Positions 25,086-35,225 of a DNA stretch of 64,000 bases are shown here, one piece after another. Origin of the DNA: Halarcobacter sp. (GTDB taxonomy: Bacteria > Campylobacterota > Campylobacteria > Campylobacterales > Arcobacteraceae). The stretch covers positions 1,120,001 through 1,184,000 of the forward strand of contig OY781089.1 of assembly GCA_963676565.1 (NCBI GenBank), in the 5' to 3' direction. A model generated the notes under the pieces. It searched no databases and was not told the DNA's origin. It saw nothing but the letters and a program-made list of their open reading frames with translations. How positions within the stretch are numbered: the stretch's first letter is position 1; each line of letters begins with the position of its first letter. Both the position numbers and the translations under genes were made by a program.

Positions 25086-27871
25086 CCTTCTTTTACCTCT
25101 ATTGGAAGAGAAAGGGTGAAAAGTGCGCCTTTATAATAGATTTCATCAACTAAAAAAGTACAATTAGATACTAAGATTCTACCCTTTAAATGTTTAGTAA
25201 TGATTTCATTTGACATATAAAGTCCTATTCCAGTACCTTGTGATTTATGTTTAGTTGTAAAGTATGGTTCTAGAATTCTATTTATAATATTTTTAGGAAT
25301 TCCCCCCGCATTATCTTTTATCTCAATGATTAGTGAATCTTTTTCTTTATAAGTATTTATACAAATTACAGCTTTTGATATTTTTTTTGATTCAATTGCA
25401 TCAATTGCATTATTTAAAATATTTAGTAAAATTTGTACAAGTTCACTTTCTAAAGTTTTTATCTTTATACTTCTCATATCTTTTATAACTTCAATATTAT
25501 ATTTCTTTAGTCTTGAATCAACTAAATATAAAGATTTGTCAATGCAATCTTTTATATCAAAATATTGAACAAGTTTATTTGGATAAAAAAAATTTCTAAA
25601 ATCTTCTATTGTTTTTGAAAGATATTGAGATTGTTTATTTATGGAGTTTATACTTTCAAGTAAAAACTTTTCATCCACTTTTTTATTTATCTCCAATTGC
25701 AATTGCATTCCTGTCGAGGCAGTTGAAATCACTGAAAGTGGTTGTCTCCATTGGTGAGCAATATTCTCTAACATCTCTCCCATTGCCGCCATTTTAGATT
25801 GCTGTGCAAGAAGTGTGTCTTGTTCCCTTTTTTCTAATTCAAGTTTTTTTATTTTTGTTAAATCAAGTATAGTCCCAATGATAAATAAAGGTTTACCTTC
25901 ATTTGAAAATTTTGTTATTTTTGAGGTTAATTGAATATATTTAATAGTCTCATCTCTTAGTAAGATTTTAAATTCAAAGGAATTTTTTCTTTTTGTTCTA
26001 AAAGATTTTAAAAACTCTTTTTTTACTCTTTTTTTATCATCAGAATGGATAAAAGAGAAAAAAGTTAACAATGTTGGCTTAATTTCACCCACAAAAAGTC
26101 CAAAAATTTTATAGTGTTCATTACTCCATTTTAATTCTTTCTTTTTTATACTGTAACCAAAACTTCCTAGTTTTGCAATTGTTTGTGCTTCATCAAGTAG
26201 ATAATTGGCTCTTCTTAATTCTTTAGTTTTTTCTTCAATTCTTTCTTCTAATTGTTCATTTAAAATCTTTAGCTCTTTAGTTCTTTCATCCACAAGAATT
26301 TTTAAGTTTTTGCTTTTTCGTAAGTTTTGTTGATTAAAATATATTAATGGAATAAAAAATAAACTTGTTAGACCAAGTAAAACCCACAGGGTTTTATAAT
26401 CAAAGTTTTTCTCAAATTGAACATTTTCCCATCTTTTTATTATAGAGTTTACTTTCTCTTCATTTAATGAAATTATTGCTTTATTTAGTATTGATTGTAA
26501 AATTTTATAATCATCTCTAATCATAATACTCATATCATAATTTAGACCAGTATTACCTGTGATTTTTAAGGAGTCATAATTAAGTTTTCTAATGTTGTAA
26601 GCTAATAAAGGTTTAATATCAATAAAAGCATAGGCTTTTTTTTCATTTACAGCTCTTAATCCCTCATTGATATTTTTAACTAATAAAAAATCTAAATTTG
26701 GGTATTTCTCCCTTAAGATTTTGTGTGCAGTGAAGTTTTCTCCCACAGCAATTCTTTTATTAGAAAGATAGTTCATATTCTCTATAAAGTTTTCATCTTT
26801 AAGGGTAACTATAGACAAAGGAAAAGATGCATAAGATTTTGAAAATAGGGCATATTTTTTCCTATCTTTTGTTTCTCCGACACTAAATATTAAGTCTTGT
26901 TCTTTATTTTTTATTGCAAAGAGTTGTTTAGTAAAGTCATTATTAACAAAAAACTCATATTTTAAACCAAGTTTTTTAGCAATAAGTTCCCAAATTTCAG
27001 TTGAAATTCCCTCTGGCTTATTAACAGAAACAAAGGAAAAAGGTTCCCAAGATTTTGAAAGGGAAATTTTAAGGGTTTTTGATTTTATAAAATCTTTTTC
27101 CTCTTGGGTTAATTGAGTTAAGTTCTTGATATCCTCATAAATTCTTTGCTCGTTATGTATAATCCATTTACTCTCAACAGAAGCTAAATCTTCAGGTTTT
27201 AATTTTTCAAAACTTTCATTAAATATTTTTATAAGATTTTCATCTTTAGAAATGGCACTTATTTTAAAAGAATTAGATAAAAGTTTTATTGAACGTATTA
27301 AATGAAAATAGCCATTTTGCAAGGCATAATATTCAATTGCAATTTTATCATCATAAATTAAATCTATTTTTCTTGAAGTAAAATCTTTAAAAGCATCGGC
27401 ATAGTTCTTGTAAATAATAATTTCAGAATTTATAAAATTGTTTTTTATAATCTTTTCATAATCACTTCCTATAATTCCAACTATATAAGGAGCGTCTTTA
27501 CTAAATCCTTTGTCATTCTCTTTATGTATAAATAGGGAAGTATTAAGTTCATAGTAGGTTTTTGAACTTTTCATCCAATCTTCATAAGGATTTGTACCTA
27601 AAAAGAAATCAACTTTCTTTTCTTTTGCAAGATTTATTGAATTATCCCACGTAATTCCATTAATAAACTTTATACTATAATGATTTTCTTCTGCCCAAAG
27701 TCTCCAAAGATCTACAAAAAGACCCTCTGCTTTTCCATTTTGCTCATAGGAAAAGGGTGCATAATCTGGGTCATAAGAAACCTTAAATTGTTTTTGATTA
27801 GCATTTGATGGAATCAAAAGAATAAAAAAGAATAAAATAAGTATTTTTAGGAATATTTTTTTTGTGAACAT
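25082..27871 (-). CDS. Sensor histidine kinase with two periplasmic solute-binding domains and PAS
   Basis: YAPFS and WEPFS SBP domains, TM segment, PAS, NIAHQWRQPL H-box and GTGIGLY. Confidence 0.92.
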   Translation of the reverse strand: MFTKKIFLKILILFFFILLIPSNANQKQFKVSYDPDYAPFSYEQNGKAEGLFVDLWRLWAEENHYSIKFINGITWDNSINLAKEKKVDFFLGTNPYEDWMKSSKTYYELNTSLFIHKENDKGFSKDAPYIVGIIGSDYEKIIKNNFINSEIIIYKNYADAFKDFTSRKIDLIYDDKIAIEYYALQNGYFHLIRSIKLLSNSFKISAISKDENLIKIFNESFEKLKPEDLASVESKWIIHNEQRIYEDIKNLTQLTQEEKDFIKSKTLKISLSKSWEPFSFVSVNKPEGISTEIWELIAKKLGLKYEFFVNNDFTKQLFAIKNKEQDLIFSVGETKDRKKYALFSKSYASFPLSIVTLKDENFIENMNYLSNKRIAVGENFTAHKILREKYPNLDFLLVKNINEGLRAVNEKKAYAFIDIKPLLAYNIRKLNYDSLKITGNTGLNYDMSIMIRDDYKILQSILNKAIISLNEEKVNSIIKRWENVQFEKNFDYKTLWVLLGLTSLFFIPLIYFNQQNLRKSKNLKILVDERTKELKILNEQLEERIEEKTKELRRANYLLDEAQTIAKLGSFGYSIKKKELKWSNEHYKIFGLFVGEIKPTLLTFFSFIHSDDKKRVKKEFLKSFRTKRKNSFEFKILLRDETIKYIQLTSKITKFSNEGKPLFIIGTILDLTKIKKLELEKREQDTLLAQQSKMAAMGEMLENIAHQWRQPLSVISTASTGMQLQLEINKKVDEKFLLESINSINKQSQYLSKTIEDFRNFFYPNKLVQYFDIKDCIDKSLYLVDSRLKKYNIEVIKDMRSIKIKTLESELVQILLNILNNAIDAIESKKISKAVICINTYKEKDSLIIEIKDNAGGIPKNIINRILEPYFTTKHKSQGTGIGLYMSNEIITKHLKGRILVSNCTFLVDEIYYKGALFTLSLPIEVKEG

Positions 27872-27922
27872 TAATGATACCAGCTATTAAAATTGAAGGA
27901 AATTATAGCTAAAACAAACTTT

Positions 27923-27931
27923 TGTTATAAT
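27923..27931 (+). promoter_or_regulatory. Extended -10 promoter of the hyp-coaX-hisG operon
   Basis: TG-T-TATAAT, 24 bp upstream of the TTG start. Confidence 0.65.
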
Positions 27932-27955
27932 CTCAAATAATTTACAGGAGCATAT

Positions 27956-28288
27956 TTGAAAGAATTAACAAAATACTTTTTAAATGAAGATATTTTATTT
28001 AAAGAATTAATTGAAATTAATCCAAAAGATTTAGGAAGTAGAAAAAAAATCAAAATCTATAAAGCCACTGCAACCAATAACTCATACTATGCAATATTTA
28101 TCGTTGATGGTAAAAGTAGATTTATTAGAAAAAATGCAAATGATTTATTAGAGCTTTTTAATAAATTAGTCGAAAAAGAAGGGCATAACTTTAAAGAAAA
28201 AAAACTTTTAATCTCTTCTCCACTATGCTCAAAAGCAAAAAAGTTTTTAGAAGAAAACAAATGGAGTGTACGAATTGATTTTGTGTGA
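27956..28288 (+). CDS. Conserved hypothetical protein
   Basis: AGGAG RBS with TTG start; KSRF and PLCSKA motifs. Confidence 0.75.
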   Translation: MKELTKYFLNEDILFKELIEINPKDLGSRKKIKIYKATATNNSYYAIFIVDGKSRFIRKNANDLLELFNKLVEKEGHNFKEKKLLISSPLCSKAKKFLEENKWSVRIDFV

Positions 28289-28901
28289 TATTGGAAATAC
28301 AACATTCCATTTTTTAATTGAGGGAAAACATAAAAGATATTTTCTTGAAGAAGAACTTCCAAAATTTAATGATGATATTTTTTATATATCAGTAAATAAA
28401 ACTGCAACAAAAAAATTAAAACAAATTAATCCTCAGGCAAAAAATATTAAGAAGTTGATGGATTTTGAAACCTCTTATGTTGGTTTAGGAATAGATAGGG
28501 CGATTGCAAGTTATTTTGAAAAAGATGCAGTAATTGTTGATGCTGGTAGTGCAATAACTGTTGATATAATGGAAAAAGGGATTCATAAAGGTGGTTTTAT
28601 TTTACCTGGTTTTAGGTCTTTTATGAAAACTTATCCCAAAATTTCTAAAAAACTAAAGTTTGATTTTGAAAAAAATATAAATTTAGATAAAATACCGCTT
28701 CAAACAAAAGATGCTATAACATATGCGATGATGAAATCAATCATTTTACCAATCAAAGAAGTAAGTAAAGATAGAAGAATTATCTTCACTGGTGGAGATG
28801 GAAAGCTATTAAGTAAACATTTTGAAAATAGCATTTATAAAAAAGATTTAATATTTGAGAACATGAAAAGGATAATTGATGCTAACAATTGCATTGCCTA
28901 A
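28275..28901 (+). CDS. coaX: Type III pantothenate kinase
   Basis: CDIGNT, GLGIDR, VDAGSAITVD, GGFILPG and TGGDG motifs; TTG start after GGAG. Confidence 0.92.
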   Translation: MILCDIGNTTFHFLIEGKHKRYFLEEELPKFNDDIFYISVNKTATKKLKQINPQAKNIKKLMDFETSYVGLGIDRAIASYFEKDAVIVDAGSAITVDIMEKGIHKGGFILPGFRSFMKTYPKISKKLKFDFEKNINLDKIPLQTKDAITYAMMKSIILPIKEVSKDRRIIFTGGDGKLLSKHFENSIYKKDLIFENMKRIIDANNCIA

Positions 28902-29487
28902 GGGTAGAATTGCAGAAGAGACTCTTGATAAATTTGAGAAAGCTTTTGGTGAAAAGTTTATTTTCGAAGATAGAAAATTAATTTTAGAAAAAAGTGGATT
29001 CAGATTTTTAAATGTAAGAAATCAAGATGTACCAACATATGTAATGCATGGTGCAGCAGATCTTGGAGTTGTTGGTTTAGATGTTCTTGAAGAAAAAGAA
29101 TATGATTTAATTAAATTATTAAATTTACAATTAGGAAAATGTAAAGTTGCCTTTGGTCTAAGAAAGGGTGAAGAACTTGATATGACTAAGAGTAAAATTA
29201 CAGTTGCAACAAAACATGAAAAAATAGCAAAAAGATATTTTGAAGAAAGAGCAATGGCTGTTCAAATTATCAAACTTTATGGCTCAATTGAACTTGCACC
29301 TTTAGTTGGTCTTTGTGATTGTATTGTTGATATTGTTGAAACTGGAACTACTATGAAACAAAATGGACTTGAAGTTGGACCAACTATTATGGAAAGTTCT
29401 GCTCATTTAATAGCAAATAAAAATTCATATTATTCAAAAAAAGATTTAATCTTTGATTTAAGAACTAAGCTTGAGGCAGTTCTTTAA
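28876..29487 (+). CDS. hisG: ATP phosphoribosyltransferase, short form
   Basis: IALPKGR, GSIELAP and DIVETGTT motifs. Confidence 0.96.
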   Translation: MMLTIALPKGRIAEETLDKFEKAFGEKFIFEDRKLILEKSGFRFLNVRNQDVPTYVMHGAADLGVVGLDVLEEKEYDLIKLLNLQLGKCKVAFGLRKGEELDMTKSKITVATKHEKIAKRYFEERAMAVQIIKLYGSIELAPLVGLCDCIVDIVETGTTMKQNGLEVGPTIMESSAHLIANKNSYYSKKDLIFDLRTKLEAVL

Positions 29488-30188
29488 TGGGTTTAGACCT
29501 ATATTCAAAAATAGAACCATATCTTGATTTTGATGAAGAGGTTTATAATTTAAATAATGAGTTTATGTCTAATATTATGGAAAAAGAACTTGATAATATT
29601 TTAGATATAGGGTGTGGTCAAGGATATTTCTTACAAATTTTAGAAGTTAATAATAAAACAGCTTTTGGAATAGATTTAAGTGAAGCTCAAATTGATGCTT
29701 GTAGGGAAAAAGGGATTGAGAACACTGCCTGTATTCCCTTAGAAAAAGTAGAAGAGAAGTATGACAATGCAACTGCTATTTTTGATGTAATAAACTATAT
29801 TCCAAGAAATGAACTTAAAAAGTTTTTTACAGATATTGCAAGAGTTTTAAATGATAATGGATATTTTATATTTGATGTTAATACCTTATTTGGATTTGAT
29901 GAAGTTGCTCAAGGATCTATTAGTATTGATAGAAAAGATAAATTTATAGCTATTGATGCCTATTATGAAGATAAAAAATTAATTACTTCTTTAACACTTT
30001 TTTCAAAGGATGAAAGTGGAAAATATATTAAAGAAAAAGATAAAATTACTCAATATTATCATGATAAAAAAACTTTAAAAGAGTTATTAAAAAAAGCAGG
30101 TTTTGAAGTTGAAGAAATAAAGGAATTCAATCTTCATGGATTTGATGAAGCTGATAAGCTAATCTACATTTGTAGAAAAGTAAATTAG
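29487..30188 (+). CDS. Class I SAM-dependent methyltransferase
   Basis: ILDIGCGQG, GIDLS and FDVINY motifs. Confidence 0.9.
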   Translation: MGLDLYSKIEPYLDFDEEVYNLNNEFMSNIMEKELDNILDIGCGQGYFLQILEVNNKTAFGIDLSEAQIDACREKGIENTACIPLEKVEEKYDNATAIFDVINYIPRNELKKFFTDIARVLNDNGYFIFDVNTLFGFDEVAQGSISIDRKDKFIAIDAYYEDKKLITSLTLFSKDESGKYIKEKDKITQYYHDKKTLKELLKKAGFEVEEIKEFNLHGFDEADKLIYICRKVN

Positions 30189-31522
30189 TTTAGGTGTTCT
30201 AGTTCAACTCTATTTCTTCCTAACTCTTTTGCCTTGTATAAAGCCTCATCGGCTCTTTTAAAAAAGTTGGCTTTTGTATCTGAACTATGAAATTGTGAAA
30301 TACCTATTGAGCAAGTTACCCTTCCAATATTTTTAAAGTCAAAGCTTTCAATTGAATCTCTAAGTTTTTCTGAAAAGATTGTTGCTTGTTCTATATTTGT
30401 ATTAGGTAGAAGTATTACAAACTCTTCTCCACCCCATCTTGCAACAATATCACTTCCCCTTGTAGTAATTGTTAATATTTTTGCAATCTCTTGAAGAACC
30501 TTATCCCCTTCTAAGTGACCATGTTTATCATTTATTTTCTTGAAATGATCAATATCAAGCATTGCCAAAGAGAAACTGTAGTTACTATAGTTTTTAAAAT
30601 TTTCAATTTGTTCAATTAAAAGTGTGTCAAACATATTTCTATTGTATAGTTTAGTTAAATAATCAAATGAAACCTCTTTTTTTAGTTTTGAAGTTGCTTT
30701 TAAAAGTTTCTCATTTGTTCTTGACATTTTTGAACCTTCTTCTTTGATAAGTTCAATCCATTTATTATAAACTGTTTTAAGTAACTCTTTTTGGGTTATA
30801 ATCCCTGAAAGATATCTGTTCTCATCAACTACAACAATTCTTTTATAATGTTTATCTTTTATATATTTAACTGCTTTTGCAATAGTAGTTCTATCATCTA
30901 AAGTATTTACAGGAGATGTCATATAGTTTTTGATAGGTTTTAATAGGTCAAAATCGTTGTGAACTATATCGATAAAATCTTTTGTAGTAAAAATTCCAAT
31001 TGGTCTTAAATCTGAATCTACTATAATAACGGCATCTCTAGAGCTTTCTTTTAAAAGATGAATAACTTGAAGAGTAGATGCATTTTCATCTGAAGTTACA
31101 GCTTTATATTGATGGGTTAATGAAGAAAGAGTTTGTTTCTTCATCATAATTTGTGGGTCAATATTATTAACTATATCAGTATAAGAAACTATTCCTATTA
31201 GCTTTTCATTTTCTGTAATAACCATATATTCATCACTTGAATCAATATCATTTAAAACAGAAAGAAGATTTATATTTTTATCAAGTTCTTTTACTTTAGG
31301 TATTTTAAGATCTTCTAAAATTGCACTTTTATCAATATTAGAAATTTTGAATTCCAACAGATGAGTTGTTGTTAATATATGATAAGATTTATCTTCATAA
31401 TTTTTTAATATTATTGTTCGAAGATTATAATCAGACATCTTTTTTATAGCATCATCTAATGTTTTTTGAACATCTATAGTTAATACATCTTGAATACAAA
31501 TATCATATACTGTTGGAATCAA
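30185..31522 (-). CDS. Diguanylate cyclase with tandem CBS domains
   Basis: Four CBS-like repeats; DYLTKLYNR, DIDHFK, RGSD I-site and GGEEF. Confidence 0.92.
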   Translation of the reverse strand: MIPTVYDICIQDVLTIDVQKTLDDAIKKMSDYNLRTIILKNYEDKSYHILTTTHLLEFKISNIDKSAILEDLKIPKVKELDKNINLLSVLNDIDSSDEYMVITENEKLIGIVSYTDIVNNIDPQIMMKKQTLSSLTHQYKAVTSDENASTLQVIHLLKESSRDAVIIVDSDLRPIGIFTTKDFIDIVHNDFDLLKPIKNYMTSPVNTLDDRTTIAKAVKYIKDKHYKRIVVVDENRYLSGIITQKELLKTVYNKWIELIKEEGSKMSRTNEKLLKATSKLKKEVSFDYLTKLYNRNMFDTLLIEQIENFKNYSNYSFSLAMLDIDHFKKINDKHGHLEGDKVLQEIAKILTITTRGSDIVARWGGEEFVILLPNTNIEQATIFSEKLRDSIESFDFKNIGRVTCSIGISQFHSSDTKANFFKRADEALYKAKELGRNRVELEHLN

Positions 31523-31531
31523 ACTTTATCC

Positions 31532-32494
31532 TTATAAACCTACAATCTCTCTAATAGCTTCCATCTTAGCACTCGCTATTTTTTTTGCTTTGTCTGCTCC
31601 AAAAGCTAAAATCTCTTTTACTTCTTTTGGATTGTCTAGTAAGTGTTGTCTTTTCTCAGCATATGGAGCAAAGTGTTCATTAATTTTTTCTAGAAGTGAA
31701 AGTTTAAAATGACCATACCCTTCGCCTGGAGTTGCATATCTTTGTTGAAGTTGCTTTAACTCATCTTCATTCATAAATAGTTCACATAGTTTATAAACAT
31801 TACAAGTAGTATAGTCTTTTGCTTCATCAAGCTCTTTTGAATCAGTAACTATCCCCATAACTTGTTTTTTAATACCTTTTTTTGTTCCAAACATATCAAT
31901 TGTATTTCCATAAGATTTCGACATTTTAGCTCCATCAGTTCCTGGAACTGTTGCAACCACTTCATCAACTTTAGCTTCAGGTAAAACTAAAATATCTGTG
32001 TTGTAGTGGTGATTAAAGCTATTTGCAATATCTCTTGTCATTTCAACATGTTGAATTTGATCTTTCCCAACAGGAACAATATTTGAATCATAAAGTAAAA
32101 TATCTGCAGCCATTAGTACAGGATAAGAAAAAAGCCCATGATTTGTCTGAAAGCCACGAGCTGTTTTATCTTTATAAGAGTGTGCACGTTCAAGTAATCC
32201 CATTGAAGTATGGTTTGATAAAATCCAATATAATTCTAATACTTCTTTTACATCACTTTGAACCCAGAATGTAGACTTTTCTGGATCCATTCCTAATGCT
32301 AAAAAATTCACTGCAGCTTCAAAAATATTTTTTTCTAGAAGCTCTTTTTCTTTTACTGTTGTTAATGCATGATATGAAGCTATAAAGGCAAAAAGCTCAC
32401 CATCATCTTGTGCTTCAACCATCTTCTTTATCATTCCAAAATAGTTACCAATATGAATAGTCCCACTTGGTTGAATTCCCGATAATATTCTCAA
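31532..32494 (-). CDS. trpS: Tryptophan--tRNA ligase
   Basis: SGIQPSG, HIGN, YPVLMAADIL and KMSKS motifs; probable TTG start at 32494. Confidence 0.97.
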   Translation of the reverse strand: MRILSGIQPSGTIHIGNYFGMIKKMVEAQDDGELFAFIASYHALTTVKEKELLEKNIFEAAVNFLALGMDPEKSTFWVQSDVKEVLELYWILSNHTSMGLLERAHSYKDKTARGFQTNHGLFSYPVLMAADILLYDSNIVPVGKDQIQHVEMTRDIANSFNHHYNTDILVLPEAKVDEVVATVPGTDGAKMSKSYGNTIDMFGTKKGIKKQVMGIVTDSKELDEAKDYTTCNVYKLCELFMNEDELKQLQQRYATPGEGYGHFKLSLLEKINEHFAPYAEKRQHLLDNPKEVKEILAFGADKAKKIASAKMEAIREIVGL

Positions 32495-32588
32495 AATATA
32501 ATTCCTTATAAAGCTCCCCATTAATAGGGAAATTATTTTTTTGCGAAATTATATCTAAAATTAGTAAAATAGCTTTTTAAACAAGTCC

Positions 32589-33878
32589 TTATATAGCTTT
32601 TTCAATCTTATTTATAACATGGTCAATATGAAGTTGAAGATTATAGTATTCCCCCATAAATGATAAAGGAACTTTTGTTTCATTACTAATTTCAATTCTT
32701 AACTTTTCAAGTTTCTCTAACTCTTCTTGATATTTTGTTTTATCGATATTTTCTAATTCTCTGTCGATAGCTTTAACTTCATCATACCATCTATAGATTT
32801 TTGATCTCATTGACCAATTATAAAGTGGGAAGAAACCTTTAAATAGTGGGAATAATAAAGTGATTAAAGGGATTAATAAAATCTTTAATCTATCTATATT
32901 TGAAGCTATCCAATAAGGAAAAATCTTCTCTAAAAATGTATCTCCATTTTCAAAATATCTTTGTGCCTCATCATCTAAATCAAGTTTCATATTTATTGTA
33001 TTTGGAAAATAATTAGCCTTTGAAAATAGGTCTTTTTTATTATGAACATCAACTATTTTTTTCAAGAATAATCTTTTTAATTCTTCCGGAAAGTTTTCAT
33101 TTACTACTAAATTTGCAGTTGTTGAAAGAAGATTTATATTTTGATCTGGAAGATTTCTATAAAGATCTAAAGTCCCTTCATATAGTGTTAAATCCTCTAA
33201 GAATGTATATTTTTGGCTATATGCCCTTGCTCTTTTAAAACTAAATACATTTACATTAGGAGAAGCTAAAAGTTCTTTTACTATTTCAGATTTGTGGGAA
33301 GATACAACAAACATAACATCAATATTCCCTTTTAGTAACTCATTTTTAGCTTCTTCATTAGTTAAATCTAGAATCTGAGAATTTGTGTTGTCTATGCCAT
33401 TATCTGTTAAGATATTTGATGCTAAATCTCTTGTTCCACTTCCTTGTTTACCAATTGATATTTTTTTTGAATAAAACTGTATTAAGTAATCAACATTAAA
33501 ACCTTCATTTTTATAAAATACCCAAAGTGGCTCATAATAGATTGAGGCAAGTGATTTTATACCTTCAGAAGTTTCATTACTAATTGTTCCATTTTGCATA
33601 AAAGCGATATCTGCTTTTTTCTCCTTTAGTAATTGAATATTTTCAATAGAACCAGCCGAATTGATTATGTTAACTGTAACATCCTCTTTTTCTAATAGTT
33701 TTTTATACTCTAATGCTGTTTTATAATAATTGCCAGTTTTCCCTCCTGTTGCAATTGTAATCTCTTTTTTTGGGCTTGGTTGTATAAACGATGCTGTAAA
33801 ATAAAAAGCACCAAAAATTAGAAGAATAAACGGTATTGTAACCGTGAAAAATTTGTATTTCATCCATAAAGCTTTCAT
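32589..33878 (-). CDS. TAXI-family TRAP solute-binding protein with N- and C-terminal TM anchors
   Basis: IATGG..GNY, GSIENI, YYEPLW and G..GSGT motifs; C-terminal hydrophobic helix then IYRWY. Start taken at MKALW. Confidence 0.82.
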   Translation of the reverse strand: MKALWMKYKFFTVTIPFILLIFGAFYFTASFIQPSPKKEITIATGGKTGNYYKTALEYKKLLEKEDVTVNIINSAGSIENIQLLKEKKADIAFMQNGTISNETSEGIKSLASIYYEPLWVFYKNEGFNVDYLIQFYSKKISIGKQGSGTRDLASNILTDNGIDNTNSQILDLTNEEAKNELLKGNIDVMFVVSSHKSEIVKELLASPNVNVFSFKRARAYSQKYTFLEDLTLYEGTLDLYRNLPDQNINLLSTTANLVVNENFPEELKRLFLKKIVDVHNKKDLFSKANYFPNTINMKLDLDDEAQRYFENGDTFLEKIFPYWIASNIDRLKILLIPLITLLFPLFKGFFPLYNWSMRSKIYRWYDEVKAIDRELENIDKTKYQEELEKLEKLRIEISNETKVPLSFMGEYYNLQLHIDHVINKIEKAI

Positions 33879-33974
33879 ATTGGTATAGTAACATATTTTA
33901 TTATAGAAGCCATTATAAAACACTAAAAAGTTAATTTTGGATATAATCAGCAAAAATTTATAAGAAAGATTGAA

Positions 33975-35213
33975 ATGATTGATGTAAAGCAACTACAAAA
34001 AGAATTTGAAAATATGGCGAATGCCTTAAAGAGAAAAGGTGTTGAACAATCTACTCTTGATAAGTTAAAAGACTTAACTGATGATGCAAAGCAAAAAAGA
34101 CAAGAGATGGAAAATGTTACAGCAGAGCAAAATAAGCTTTCAAAAGAGTTTGGAAGATATAAAAAAGAGGGTTTAGATATTGCTCCTTTGCAAGCTTCAA
34201 TTAATGAACTTAAATCAAAAAAACAATTAATGGAAGAGGAGGTTAAAACTTTAGAAGATGAGTTAACTTCTATTGCTTTAGGTATCCCAAATCTTCCAGA
34301 TGAAAATGTTCCTGATGGCGCTGATGAAAATGAAAATGTTATTTTAGAAATAATTGGTGAAAAACCTGAATTCTCTTTTGAGCCAAAAGAGCACTGGGAC
34401 TTAGATAATGGATGGTTAGACTTTGAAAGAGGTGTGAAGTTAGCAAAATCTAGATTCTCTGCAATTAAAGGACAGGGGGCAAGATTAGAGCGAGCACTTA
34501 TTAACTATATGCTTGATTTTAATAAAGAGCGAGGGTTTGAAGAGTGGTATGTTCCATTTATGGCAAATTCAAGTACACTTCAAGGAACAGGGCAATTACC
34601 AAAATTTGAAGATGATTTATTTAAAATTGAGGGTGAAGATTTATATTTAATCCCAACTGCTGAGGTTCAATTAACAAATCTTTACAATGATGAGATTATA
34701 CCTGCTGATGAGTTACCTTTATTAATGACTTCTTATACACCATGTTTTAGAAAAGAAGCTGGAAGTGCAGGACGTGATACAAGAGGATTAATTAGACAAC
34801 ACCAATTTGATAAAGTTGAGATGGTAGCAATTACTAAACAAGAAGAATCAGAAGAAGTTTTTGAGAAAATGGTAAATTGTGCAAGTGATTTATTAACTTC
34901 ACTTGGTCTTGCACACCAAAAAGTACAATTATGTACAGGAGATTTAGGATTTAGTGCTTCAACTACAATAGACTTAGAAGTTTGGCTTCCTGGTCAAGGA
35001 AAATATAGAGAAATCTCTTCTATTTCTAACACAAGAGAGTTTCAAGCAAGACGTGCAAAAATCAGATATAAAGATGGTAAAAAGAATATCTTAGCTCATA
35101 CTTTAAATGGTTCTTCACTTGCTGTTGGAAGAACTTTATTAGCAATAATGGAAAACTATCAACAAGAAGATGGTTCTGTTAAAATTCCTGAAGTTTTAGC
35201 GAAGTATATGTAA
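33975..35213 (+). CDS. serS: Serine--tRNA ligase
   Basis: [30 protein letters not shown] and HTLNGS motifs. Confidence 0.98.
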   Translation: MIDVKQLQKEFENMANALKRKGVEQSTLDKLKDLTDDAKQKRQEMENVTAEQNKLSKEFGRYKKEGLDIAPLQASINELKSKKQLMEEEVKTLEDELTSIALGIPNLPDENVPDGADENENVILEIIGEKPEFSFEPKEHWDLDNGWLDFERGVKLAKSRFSAIKGQGARLERALINYMLDFNKERGFEEWYVPFMANSSTLQGTGQLPKFEDDLFKIEGEDLYLIPTAEVQLTNLYNDEIIPADELPLLMTSYTPCFRKEAGSAGRDTRGLIRQHQFDKVEMVAITKQEESEEVFEKMVNCASDLLTSLGLAHQKVQLCTGDLGFSASTTIDLEVWLPGQGKYREISSISNTREFQARRAKIRYKDGKKNILAHTLNGSSLAVGRTLLAIMENYQQEDGSVKIPEVLAKYM

Positions 35214-35225
35214 GAATATTTTTAA

